Shown piece by piece: positions 49,055 through 61,173 of a stretch of 64,000 nt of DNA; position 1 is the first letter of the stretch, and the number at the start of each line of letters is the position of its first letter. Both the position numbers and the translations under genes were made by a program. The notes below the pieces were generated by a model, which was not told the DNA's origin, searched no databases, and saw only the letters and a list, made by a program, of their open reading frames with translations. The DNA is from Oikopleura dioica (taxonomy: Eukaryota > Animalia > Chordata). The DNA lies in the NCBI GenBank assembly GCA_907165135.1, contig OU015568.1, positions 12,462,001 to 12,526,000 of the forward strand, read 5' to 3'.

Positions 49055-52000
49055 ATGAAGATATTCTTTCTGACTCTTCTTACAGTGGGCTACTGTAAAG
49101 GAAGGCCGTTCTTGATCAGGAAACCAGCGAATCAGGTGGCAAATGTTGGAGATACCGTTGAGCTACGATGCATCGTCGGAGGCCAGAGAATGGTCGAATA
49201 CGTCAACAAGGCGGTACAGTGGGTCGATCAGACACGCGGTCAGACCATCAACACATTCGCCGGCGGAAGAAACATCAACAAGAAGGTAAGAATCAAGTGC
49301 AAGCAGCATACTTTTTTAATTTCCGATTTGTAAAAAGAGCCCTTTCGACCATTTTCCACGCTTTTCGAAAGCTTCATGTTAACATACTTTTTTGTATAAA
49401 AATTCTTGCGTACAAATTAAGCGCGAAAAATTTCATTTTATTTACGAGCGCATCGGCGAATCGTACCCACACCTGGCGGTTATCGCAGTGGTTAAGTGAC
49501 ACTAACCGCCGAGAACTAATATGGCCAAGAACATAAAAGGCGGATCGGGAATCGGTCTAATCCCGTGGCTTATTTTTCCCAGGCCTTGACCTCCATCTCC
49601 CGGGGTCAATAGAATTTCTCGGCCAGCGAAGGTCAAGGGAGAGGATCAAAAGCTAATTTCCGGCGGTGTTATTTTTTCTCGCGTCTAAGTGATGTGGCCA
49701 AATTTGAAACCAATAAGTCAACAGACTTTTACAGTAGCCGACTTTCGGAAAAAGAGCTGTTTTCATACGAAACTTAGGCAGTCAAAAGGCCGCGACAAAC
49801 ACCTTTTAGAGAAGCCCTTTTTGATTTTGAAATCAAATCAAGCTTGTTCTTATATTTTCAGGCTTGAATAGTAATGTCCTGATTTTATTTGCGCTGACAG
49901 ACAGTCCTTGTTTTGGAAATTGAAATTAACCTAAAAATTAAAGAAGTTAATTACGAGTTTAAATATTTTTTGGCTTGAGAAAGGACCAAGGATTACCGCC
50001 AGCTTTATACTCGCTCCTTTCTTTTTTTCAATCATAAAAACCAGGCGAGTGCCCTTGGCTCCAACAGATAGGGACTAAAGCAACAATTAAAATCATGCGT
50101 TTTCGGTCCAGCAGTCCCTTAGGGAGGCAATGGATGCATTACTATGGGAATCCATTATCTGGTGGCTTGATTAAATCGGCTCAAAGTCAAGGAGGACTCA
50201 AAGTTACCGTTATTTTCTTGCTTCTTCTTTCCCAGTGTCCATCTGCTGCTTGGATTTACTGTAATCCAAGCGGACGTATGTCGATTTTTTTCCTATCGGG
50301 TTTCTGATTATTGGCCCATTTTAGTTAAAATTTACGAGGGTTTTTATGAATTTAGGGTGTTTGGGGAAGAATAAGGGGTAAAACGTTTAGGGGTGACGCG
50401 CGTGCTGATGGATTTATTTGATGCAAATACGATTGCGTGATATTTTTTGGGTCTATATCAAATCTCGGGATAAGCGTGTTTGGCAGTGGGTGATAAGTGG
50501 GATACAGTCGCGCGATCATCAAGCTGGAAAAGCCCAAATATCTTAATGTCAATCAAATTACTGTCCCGAAGAAAATCGCAATCAGATCGTCTCGTGTATT
50601 TTGCGCACAAGCTCAGGTGTCTACTAGACTTTCCCAAACGCCCATGTTTTCGGTCAACTTTTGGTCTAATTTTCTCGTTCTTGAGCATAAATAAAGAATG
50701 CCTCATGATTTCGTAATGGCCGTTTTTATAAAGCAAAATATGAAGAGAAGAAGCAGAAAGAATCCCAAGCGCACATCAGTCGCCAAAATTAAAGGCTACA
50801 TGTCAGACTTGGTTAAATTTTTATTCTTTCTTGTCAAGAAATGCGGTACGCGTGATTTCGCAAAGGAGAAGGCTCAATAAAACACGGCCCGACTTCCGTG
50901 GCGATGCATTTTTCTTCAGTTTTTCCAAATAATGATTGTGGACAATTGGCCGGGATTAACGAGGATTTGAGCCACTTTTTAGCGTCACCTGTTTGAAGCT
51001 CGCCGAATGGGCGAATTAAATTTGCCGACAGCATGGCTCCAACTTTTTAAAAGTAAAAATTTGTAGGGAAAAAGTTGTAATGATACTTCTACTATTTACT
51101 CATCAACAAAAATAATGTCACATGCGACGCAACTTCGCGCTGTCGTGAGAAAGTGTGCTAAACATCGGTTCGCTGATCTATCAAGTGACTAGTTGTGTAT
51201 TTGGCCATGTCCGAAAGTGTTTCCATCTGCCAATATACCCTTAAGTTTTTGGAACATTGGAAGCTTTAGCAGCTTTCTGACCCACTAAGAGACACTATTG
51301 AATTTCCACTTTTACGTAAATTTTATGGCTAATTTGGAAATAATAGCAAAAGCAACTTTCTCCTTGGAGTCAGCATAAAATTCGATCCTCGGCAGGCCAC
51401 TTTCTCACGGACCCAGAGACCTTTGTCTTTTTTTCAATAGTTGTGAGTCGTATCGTAAGTTGTGTCTTCATGGGCCTTTTTTGTGCCACCGGTTCCGAGT
51501 TTTGAGAATAATTCATAGCTATTATTACTATTGAAATGGATGGAGTGAGGCTTTGAACTTCGACCTCTGTTTTATTAATGAATTAATGGCTGTTAATGTA
51601 GATTCTGCAAGTTCCAATATTTGAATATGCACTTGGAGGGAGCGAGGGAAAGTACTGTAATCGTATGAATATTGAATAGACCACGAAATGGGTTTTAATT
51701 AGATTCAAACGACTTCTCTCAGTAGTTACGTGTACCAAACTAGTAGATAATTCAACAAAGAAGCTTTCAAAGATTCATAACATCAGCAGAATGCACCCGC
51801 TCTTGTGCACAGTAAACTGCGCCTGGTCTCTTTTTTTAGATTAGAAGTAAATAAGAACCGCACTGTAAATTAAATCATCCCATATCAATCCTAATTTATC
51901 CATAAGATAGATTGCTTACATTCAATTTTTAGTACAATGAGCGATACGAAATCGTTGGCGATGAATCCCTCGGCGACTGGACTCTCCGAATCAACAACCT

Positions 52001-55000
52001 GGCTGAATCCGACTCTGGCAACTACCAGTGCCAAGTCCATCACGGCCATGGGCAGGCCTCGGCAAAAGTACTCGTCCGCGTCCCGCCAAAGAAAATCCTC
52101 ATTTCCGGCACCGATTCTGAAGGGAACCTGGCTCACGTCCCGGGCCAAAGGTCAACTGTTCAGGCACGGGGTTTGCTTTTTTTCTAGAAAATTACGGCCC
52201 ACTTAGAAACTGTCAAAGCAGCTTGGATAATGGTCAAAATTATAATTAGGGCCCTAAATGTCACAAATGTCCCGAAATTTGCGCTCTCTGACTTGACAAA
52301 ACGCCAAGGAAATCCGGTTGATTATGATTTTCTTGGAATTTTTATTAGCGATCGACGATCGTCAAATTTTCAGGCTCAAAAGAGTGAGTGTTTTAAAATT
52401 TTTAATGTTTATTTAATAATCACCCAGAAATTGGCAGGTTACGCTTGTGTAAATAGCCTTCAACACCCGACCGCCAAGAAGGTTTGTTTAGCATTTCTGA
52501 AAAATATTCCCCCTTCCAAACAAGGTCAAAACATGACATACTGGCCATCCTCGCCTGGCCGCCACCCAAATTTTAATTTTGCATTTTTCGCAAAGAAAAA
52601 AATTCTATATCGTAAGTGTGCAGTTTTTTCGCACGTCAGTCCTCTGTTTGGAGTCAAATAAAACTTGTCTTTTCGCCGAGGTGCGAATGTTTATGCATTT
52701 TATTCTCCTTGGCCTTGATTTGCAAGAATATACACAAATTAATCAAAGAAAAGGGTCACTGGGAATCGCTCTGATTGGCGACTGGCCGTTTTCCAGGGGT
52801 CACATAAGGGTCGGAAAATCAAATCAAGCGATAGATAATTTCAGGGAATCAGGGAAATGGCACTTCTGATGCTTTCTCAGCGTTAGATGTCAAATTTATA
52901 GCGAGATTACCGTTTTTACTATTCAAGATTTCCGACTCTCTTTCTTAACATTCCAACAAATAAACCCCGATAAAAGTGCGAAATCGTCAATTCTCGACCA
53001 GCTGGCCTCATCAAATTCTACCGCGATGGCGTCGAGGTCGCAAAAGCCGGCGAACAAGTGGACTCGTGTGACAAGCAAACGGGAATGTGCAATTCGGCGG
53101 CGGATTTTGATTTCCTACCGACAGATCAAAGGTTTGTTTTACCCAAATATGTGGCGAAAGCACTCCATTTTGCTTGCCGAGCTTTTTTACAAGTTATTGT
53201 AATGGCTACCAAACAAACTCGAGAGCGGGAAATATCCCATGCTTCCGGGGAGCATTCAAAAATGTAAATTTGTGAATAATGGACCCGCCTAGCATCCCTA
53301 TTCTCAATTGCGTAAATACAGTAGCTTCGGTATCAGTAGAAAGCCCCCGCAGCTTTATCCCCTGGCTCATCTTGAATCTGAATCTGTCCCTCTTCAAAGA
53401 CCGCCTGTCTTCCACCCAGGGTTCCACCTCGACTTTTAAAACTTATAAATTTATCCATCGATAAATAAAATTTAAAAAGCCACTTTCTCCCAGGCTCGCT
53501 CACTTGGCGGTAATCGAATATCTCCTGCGCCATAAAACTCAACCTTTCTTTTTTTCCCACCCGCAGCTTTTTTCGCCCATTGATCCAAAGAGTAATAAAT
53601 CGAACGGGGAAAAGAGGGCCGCAACTGAAATTTCGGATCGATAACGGAACTTCCCTAATTGCCAATTAGCCTGATTTTCTGTTCTGGCGTTTTTGGGTAT
53701 TTGGGCCTTATGCACCTTTATTCAATCAATTACAGTAACTGTCTGGGGGTTAATGGCCGTATTGTCTGTTGGAATAATTATTACGGTAGCGGAACCCAGC
53801 TTCGTTTGATTCTTTGTGAAGAAAGTAAAGAATGGAACATCTGAAGTTCCATGAATTGATGCCTTCTCCGTCAGTCAAATAATTTAACTCATTATTTGTG
53901 AATTATGCCACTGTGTTCTGTTCACGGCTCAATTCCCGTTGGAACGCCGCCAGATTCGCAATACTTCTATACTCAAACAGTATCGACGGAAATTCTGATC
54001 CAAGGAGTCCAACAAGGATCAACCGAATCGGCAACTCCTCCCTGTTTCGGTCTCTTTTTAGCGAAAAGCTGCGGCGCTGGGATAAGCAGGGATGAGCAAG
54101 GTGGGCTTGTTCCGCTCAACCCTTTTCCAAAATCGAAAGTGGATATTGAACTCTTAGCGAAAGCGCACGTGCGTTTCGATTTCTTCAAAAGGGTTATCCT
54201 CCCAAATCTTCAAAAATTGCAATTTTAATCAAATCAAAATCGCAAAAAATCGAAGTTCAAATCCGCTAAATTTTCTGTTTTTAGTGGCAATGAAAACATT
54301 GAATGCCGAGTTTACCACGACGCCCTTGTCGATCAACAATTTCTCGCTGTTTCGACACGATCTTATCCGATGAGCGAGCCACGTGCTAGCATTGCGAGAT
54401 TGGAGAACGCGAAGTTCGGAAACGATCAGGTAACTTGAAAATGATCCTCAAAAATTAGGCACGTGAGAGTCGCCGTCAACGATCAGATAATGCTCCAATT
54501 ATCCCAACAACTCATCCATTTTTATTGACCCTGGTTCCTAGCTATAGTTTTTCATTAATTGTAACAGTAGTTGTCCAGTAAAACGGCCATGGCAATTATT
54601 TGCAGGCCACAAGATTGAGTATTGAGCAGGATAAAGGCTCAATTACTCGATGAGCTGATTGATCAGAGATTCATCCTTTTGAGCGATTTCTAATCAATTT
54701 TTCAGGCCCAGGATGGGGAAATCGTCTCGTACCGCTGCGCCACTACTGGACATCCAGCTCCAGCCCGTTTCTACTGGAACATCAATGGTGAAAAGTCAGA
54801 AATTTCTTCAAACGAAGTTTTTACCACCAAAATCGCGAAGCAGAACGAAGACAGGGCATTCAAAGTCACTTGTCAAGCGGAAGCCGAGTTTAACAACAGA
54901 ATCCTCAAGTCCAACATCGCCGAATCATCATTATCCGTCCTCTGGGGTCCAGTTGCTCTGCCAAAGTCGGAAGAAATCGAGCCTGTGATTGTCACTGAAG

Positions 55001-56410
55001 GTGCGCCGTTTGAGCTCAAGTGCCCGTTTGATGCTTTTCCCATGGCGGAAGTCGCGTGGACGAAAAACAATGATGCCCTGGAGGGTGAGTTCTCGTCGAT
55101 TTTGGCTTTGAACTCTGCCGCCGCGGGCGATTCCGGTCGCTGGACTTGTCAAGCCAAAAATCCAGTCACTGGTCTTACAGCAGAGCAGACTTTCGAAGTC
55201 ACTGTTCTTCAAAAACCAGTGATTATTTCGCCAGAGAAGCAAGAAATCGGCAAGAATGCATCGCGACCGATGATTTTCTGCTCTTTCAAGTTTCATTTCT
55301 CCTCCGAAAGCTTCTCCAACGTGCGCTGGTTCGTTCAAAAAGAGGATGATTCGAGCATTGAGGCGATCCAGCTTGAGCCGGGCAGCCCAGCCACTTCGGC
55401 AATGGTGAGCGATGAGAAGTGGATGATCCGCTGGACGGATGTGACTTCCGACTCTGCCACTTCGCTGCTGACGATTCTCGACGCAACAGAGGAAGACCTT
55501 GACGCCAAGTATATTTGCCAAGTGTCGAACGATATTGGAATGACGACCGGAGAATTCGAAATCAGCTCTGGACTAGCGAACGCTACCCTGGCTATTATTT
55601 CTGGAGCAGTTTTGGTTCTAGCGCTGATTTGCGTCGCAATCATTTTAATGAAATGCAACCGGGAAAAGAAACACGTGACTAAGGAGCGAAACGGAAAATT
55701 GACTCCCGATTTGATTCAGGTAAAATTGAAATTTGTCCTCGTTGATTTCAAAGCTTCTTTTTAGCACACTGTTCCATCAATGCCCCCAGCACTTGACTAT
55801 CAACTCGGACACCGCCAAGACGCTGAAATCCACATTTCCGACGCTGATCTTCACCAGGGCCCAACTCGCAGCTGGATTCACAAGCCTGACTCAACTTGCT
55901 CCGGTCCAGACGACGGATACTCTACCGAGCGAGGCGAGAGCTCAAAAGCTGGTTCTGGATCGAAACTGCCAAATGTGATTCCTTCGGCTGAAATCATAGA
56001 GGACGACATGCGATCTGAGGAGTTTGATCGCTACGAAATGGCGAATGAGCATCGACTTACTTCTGAGAAAATGTACAGTTCCCTTCAAGGCTCGAGTAGA
56101 GTCCCGGTTTTTGGACGATTTTCCACTCTTCAAAATCGACATGGCCACGTGAGTTCACTTAAAATTATCAATAGAAACAACTAGATTTACTCTTGAAATG
56201 GCGTTTTTTAACATTTTGATTCAGAAAATCGAGTCTACTCTCCGCCCATCAAGCGCACAGCCTCAATTTATCCCCCCAATGAGCGAGTCTTTGGAAGATC
56301 TTAGGCACACAATGCCCGAAGGATCAGAATCCTCTGACGATACCTACAACAATAGCAATCAGGTAATTGAATATTCATTTTATAATGAACCAGCTCTTTT
56401 TGCAGCTTAA
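49055..56410 (+). CDS. Type I Ig-superfamily receptor with five Ig domains (KIRREL/NEPH-like)
   Basis: Signal peptide; Ig1 split across exons at ~49100 and ~51935 (VELRCIV..VQW / RYEIVGDESLGDWTLRINNLAESDSGNYQCQV); further Ig exons at ~52975, ~54285 and 54706-55730; TM LAIISGAVLVLALICVAIILM; Ser-rich tail. Confidence 0.75.
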
Positions 56411-56738
56411 TACTTTTATAATTTATTAAATCGATCGTCTTTTATCCGAGAATTTACGCTTTCTTCTAGCCTCTGCTGAAAAATGCTTCTAAAAACGCTT
56501 CTGCCAATGTTTTTCTTCAAACTCGACCAACGACTGCCCGCTCGGTCTCTCACGTGTGAAAACATTCCAGCTGAATTTAAGAAAAATGCTCCGTTCAGTT
56601 TGAAACTGTAAATATATTTTATTGTACAGATGATTCATCACCAGTTCAACCTTTTTGCACAACAATAAATAAATTTGACTTTTGTCAAGAAATATAAAAT
56701 TCTTCAATTTTTCATTAATTTTTGTGGGAATTACGAAT

Positions 56739-57070
56739 AGGTTCGTGAGGACTAGGTTCGTGTGACTAGGTTCGTGATTGGGTCTGCCAGAGTATTGAAA
56801 TCGGCCTATATTTTGGGGCAGTAAGGGAAATGGGTTGATGACTAGAGTCGTGTGACATCTAGAGGTTCGTGAAATTTAAAAAATGAAAAAATTTCACGAA
56901 CCTTGTCCCACGAACCTAGTCATCAAGCCATTTCCCTTACTGCCCAAAAATGGTGAAGATACAAAAAAATACATATAAAAATCCAAATTTCACGAACCTA
57001 GTCACACGAACCATTTTTTCCGACATGGCACCCACAAACCTAGTCACACGAACCTTGTCCTCACGAACCT
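56739..57070. mobile_element. Small foldback element made of ACTAGGTTCGTG subrepeats
   Basis: AGGTTCGTGAGGAC at the left end, GTCCTCACGAACCT at the right end; repeated GGTTCGTG/CACGAACC units plus an inner TTTTGGGGCAGTAAGGGAAATGG/CCATTTCCCTTACTGCCCAAAA palindrome. No TSD found. Confidence 0.75.
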
Positions 57071-57262
57071 GGTCATCGGTCTCAATTTTTGTAACTCCGT
57101 ATTTTGTTATCGAGAATCATGGTAAAAATTGTATTTACAGTTTTCACTTTACAAAAACGAAATCATGAGGTAGGAATCAGGCAAGTTTGTAATAAAGATT
57201 ATGCGCGTCAAGATCTGTAGAAGAACACCAATCGCTTATCCAAACTCCTTTTTCTACAGCTT

Positions 57263-59247
57263 TTATAAGCTCGTTCTAAAATGTTTTATTACAAAAACTG
57301 CATTATAACAGCCGCTTACCTCGCTTTTATACCGTTCAGTTGCAATCTGAGGCATCATTCTCCGACTTTCCGCTTCAAGAATCGCCTCCATTTCCGACAA
57401 AATCAAATACTCCTTTTCAGTTAGGCTTTCAAACGCCAGCAAATTCACCGATTCCATCGGGTCCTGCTCCAAATTAAACAACCAGTAATCATACTCTTCT
57501 GAAATGAAAGGCATCCCGAATCTATTCTGTATCAACACGGGCGGGGTGATTTCAGAAGGACTTTGCCAGGTCCAGTCCTCGTTGATTGCAGAAAATGGAA
57601 ACATATTCTTACGTACGTTTCTGACAGCTTTTATGTACTTATACTCGTCTAGTCGGATTGCTGCCGAGTATACTGTACTCGAATGAGTTGACTGATTGAA
57701 TCGCCAGTTCGCGTGTTGGAGGAAAACGTTGCTTTGGATCTCCCTCGATGGTTTAGGTGACTGGTCGATATGATAAATTGTCTCTCGTCTCTTGCTCCTC
57801 CCAACTTCTCCAATCATTGAGTCCCACAAGTTCAGTCCGTCCAGTTGGTCAGTTACCAATGAATCCGTCGGGTCTGCAAGGCCTAAAAGACTTACCATCA
57901 AGTCAGCAAAATGAACTGTTTCATCGAAAGTCGACCGCTTTAGGTCGTTTTCTTTAAAAACTGGAGAGACGATAAAACCGGGAACTTTGTTTCCTCCATC
58001 AAAATAATCGCCTTTCATTCCTCTCAGAGGATAGTTGGATCCTCCAGGAGAAGTGGCGCCATTATCTGAGACAAAGAGGAGAACCGTGTTGTCCCAAAGG
58101 CCCGGGGTTTCTCGAATCTTATCATAAAGGCGGCCGATATGGAGGTCTAAGTCGGATTAATTGTAGATTATTTTGAATAAGTTCATGTTAGTTTTAATCC
58201 GTTGCCATATCATAAATCACATTCAGATAATTCCTGCGCCTTCTGGAAAGCAAAGTCTCGTTAGCATAGGCATCATCCATGTTTTCCGGGACGATATGGG
58301 GAGCATGAGGGGCGTTGTACGAGACAAACAGTAAATTACCACCTTCGGTATCGAAATTGTCAATTTTATCGATTGCTTGGTTGGTGAAATCGGAAGTTGT
58401 GTAAACCCCGTTTTTGTCCTTCAGGATCGTTTCTGTGCCATTTTCGACTTTTCGATAATCAAGTGCGACTTCTTCCGCGTTGAATTTTGACTCATGAGTT
58501 AGATAATTCACGGCTCCAGAGTAGAAGCCATAGAAGCTGTCGAAGCCGCGCTCGGTTGGGGTCAAGTTTTGGTGACAAAAACCACCATGCCATTTTCCAA
58601 TAAAGTGATTTTTGTAGTCTAGTTTCTTGAGCTTCTCTGGAATGAGTTCTACTCCCAGGGGGATCCCATTCACTTTTGTTGGATTAAACGGTGCTCCGTC
58701 CAAGCCCAATCGCCAAGCGTAAATTCCAGTCTACGAGAAAACTAAGGCGAAATCTCAGTTAATTTCATACCAGAAGAGCAGCTCTAGAAGGCGAACAGGT
58801 GCTGTGAGAGTAAAGATTGGTAAACGTTCTTCCTTGTTTTCGAATTCTCTCCAAATTCGGCGTCTTCACGAACTTATTATTCCAACTAACATCCGCCCAG
58901 CCAAGATCATCAGCAATAATGATTACAAAATTATATTTATCGAACGTGTCAAATTTCGCTCTTTTTCTAACTTCAAAAGAGGAACCTCCTGACCCTTCAA
59001 AGCTTTCTGTGATGTTGGGGGAATCTTGAAGATAAGCGAGCTTAGGGTTGTGTTGTTCTTCACTTCTTTCAGCGTGTTTTTGGATAATTTTTTCGATCGG
59101 TTCTACTTTATTTTCATAAATAACGATAAAAAGTGCTGAACTGGCGATTCCAGCCATAATTAAAACGGTGATGATATGAGACCAAACATCAGAGCTTCGA
59201 TCTTTCGAGGGATTTTCTCTATTATTTCTATCTCTCTTAATTTGCAA
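57263..59247 (-). CDS. ARSB: Arylsulfatase B/I/J-like sulfatase
   Basis: IIADDLGWADV, TPNL, CSPSRAALL-TG (FGly motif), IGKWHGG, RGFDSFYG, YNAPHAP, SDNG..GSNYPLRGMKG, WLFNLEQDPME. Confidence 0.92.
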
Positions 59248-59689
59248 TAGATTTGAATCCCGAAACTATCATTTTAGATGCTTTCTTCGGCTAATTAGGA
59301 AAATAAGCAAATTTGATTTTGTCAAGATTTTCACGTAAGAAAATGGCGGAGAAATTAGCCGCTCCACCTGTGTGCGGGCTGGAGTTTGATAAGCTAATAA
59401 TTTTGCGATTAATTGCGCCTGATCCATGAAATTCTAGCGACCGACCATGGGGTTAGCTCTAATTTGTGATGCATAATGTAGAATTTGTTTATAACGTGCA
59501 GAATAAAATATTGCTCATACAAGGATAATAAGTTTTTTAAAACTTTTATTGGTCGAGTTCAGGATAAATGGGCAGTCAGTTTCAGTGAATATAGCTTTGT
59601 GTAGAAAAAATGTATCAGTCGCAGTGAAAAAACTTGGAGAAACGCAACAGCATGCAAAACTAATTCAGTCGATGATTATCCTAGATTTC

Positions 59690-60854
59690 TTGTTTAATAG
59701 CACTAAAAGATGATATGATGAATTTCATATCAGTGAGTCAAATACTAACGATCTTTCTCCATGGCTCTGCGAGTTTGAAGCTTTGTTATTGTGATCCTCC
59801 TCATCTGACAGTTTCTTTAAATTATTTAAAACTTGAAGAAAAAATTATCACTACCTCATGAGGAATAGTGCATGTGTGATTCTGTCGATCTCCAGGAATA
59901 ATTTTATAATTACTTGGATCATTGATTGACTCGCTTGTGAATTCAAGTCGGCGTCGCTGGCGACCGTCAGTCGACTCGTATGATCGAATCATTTCTTTTG
60001 GCTTGAGAATAGCTAGAACATGCTTCGCGGAACATTTGCTACCTAATGCACGGCTAAAACTTGCAAATTATTTCTCAAAATTTAAGCTTTAACTCTTACT
60101 TTGGACAAGTCACTGAGATTAAATCATCATAAGTACGAACACTTGCTCCATTGTACTGCCGCGACTGCCAGTTTCCATCGATCAACTTTTCCGCAATCAA
60201 GAAATTACGACTGATCGGTCCTTTAGGCTCGATTTGGAGGATTTTCGGATGATCGATGACTTGATTCTTAGCTTTATCTTGAATTTCATGAAATTGTTGC
60301 GTAGTATCTTTCCGTTTTTGATGAGTATCGTTTGACTTCTTTGAAGGCATTGATTTCTTGTTTGAGTTCGGAAAAAGTTTCTTCGCTAAGTCAAACTCTT
60401 GGGAATCGTCCCGCTTTCGTTTTTGTGATGGCTCTTTCTCGCGTCTTGGTGGAGGTGGAGGTGGAGCTTTTCTTAAAGGTGATGAGACTGTAGATGTTGC
60501 TTCCATTGTAGATTTTGGCTCAGAAGTCGGCGGTTTTGATGTGGTTGAATGGTTTGAATTGACGGCTGATCCCGTTGTTCCAGTGATAACTACTGCATCT
60601 ATTACCAGATTCATTTATTTCAATACGGGCTTACCACAATCGTTTTTAGAAGAAAGTTTGCAATAATCTGCATTTTCTGAATCCTCAATTTTTTTCATCA
60701 GAAATCTTAGAACTTGAATATCGTCAGCACTAGCAACCTTGTTTTCACGTCTTTTACGGTCCAGCAAATCGATTTGCTCAGTTATTTTAGAGTGCCAGAA
60801 TTTTTGCTCATCTTTTAATATATCTCTCAGTGAATCTTGATCAGGTGCCTGCAT
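59690..60854 (-). CDS. Uncharacterised multi-exon protein with a Pro/Lys/Ser-rich middle region
   Basis: ORFs 60615-60905 and 60096-60614 are joined by a 36-nt GT-AG intron; further coding-like exons lie at ~59850-60045. No family recognised; 3' end approximate. Confidence 0.5.
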
Positions 60855-61173
60855 TTTACGTATCTTTATGCTTGCTGAATATGTAACATTGCAAATTGAA
60901 AACATTTACGTCGGGCGTCTAGAGAATATATGGCGCTTTGAAAGGACATGCATTTATTGCAAGTTTTTGAACGATTTCAGTCAATAGTAAATCAAAAGAG
61001 AGTCGAAAATTACTGGAGTCATTTGGTGGTGCCGCCTCCGGCCGTGATAGAGCGGTTTTGGTGAAATAAGAGCAGCCACTTGCATTGCGCCGCTCCGTGT
61101 TTTTTCGACTTCCAATTTAATTCTGAATGATGAGCTGGAATTTTTAACCATCAAAAAATATTAGCCAAGAGAA

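Noticed and set aside
54510-54524. ACTCATCCATTTTT resembles the start of the Oikopleura spliced-leader sequence as I recall it
   Set aside because: Only a short imperfect match in an intron, with no downstream donor, Sm site or 5S linkage.
60612-60620. In-frame TAA directly followed by ATG between ORFs 60615-60905 and 60096-60614, suggesting readthrough or coupled translation
   Set aside because: The stop lies inside a 36-nt GTAAGC...TAATAG intron whose removal keeps the frame.
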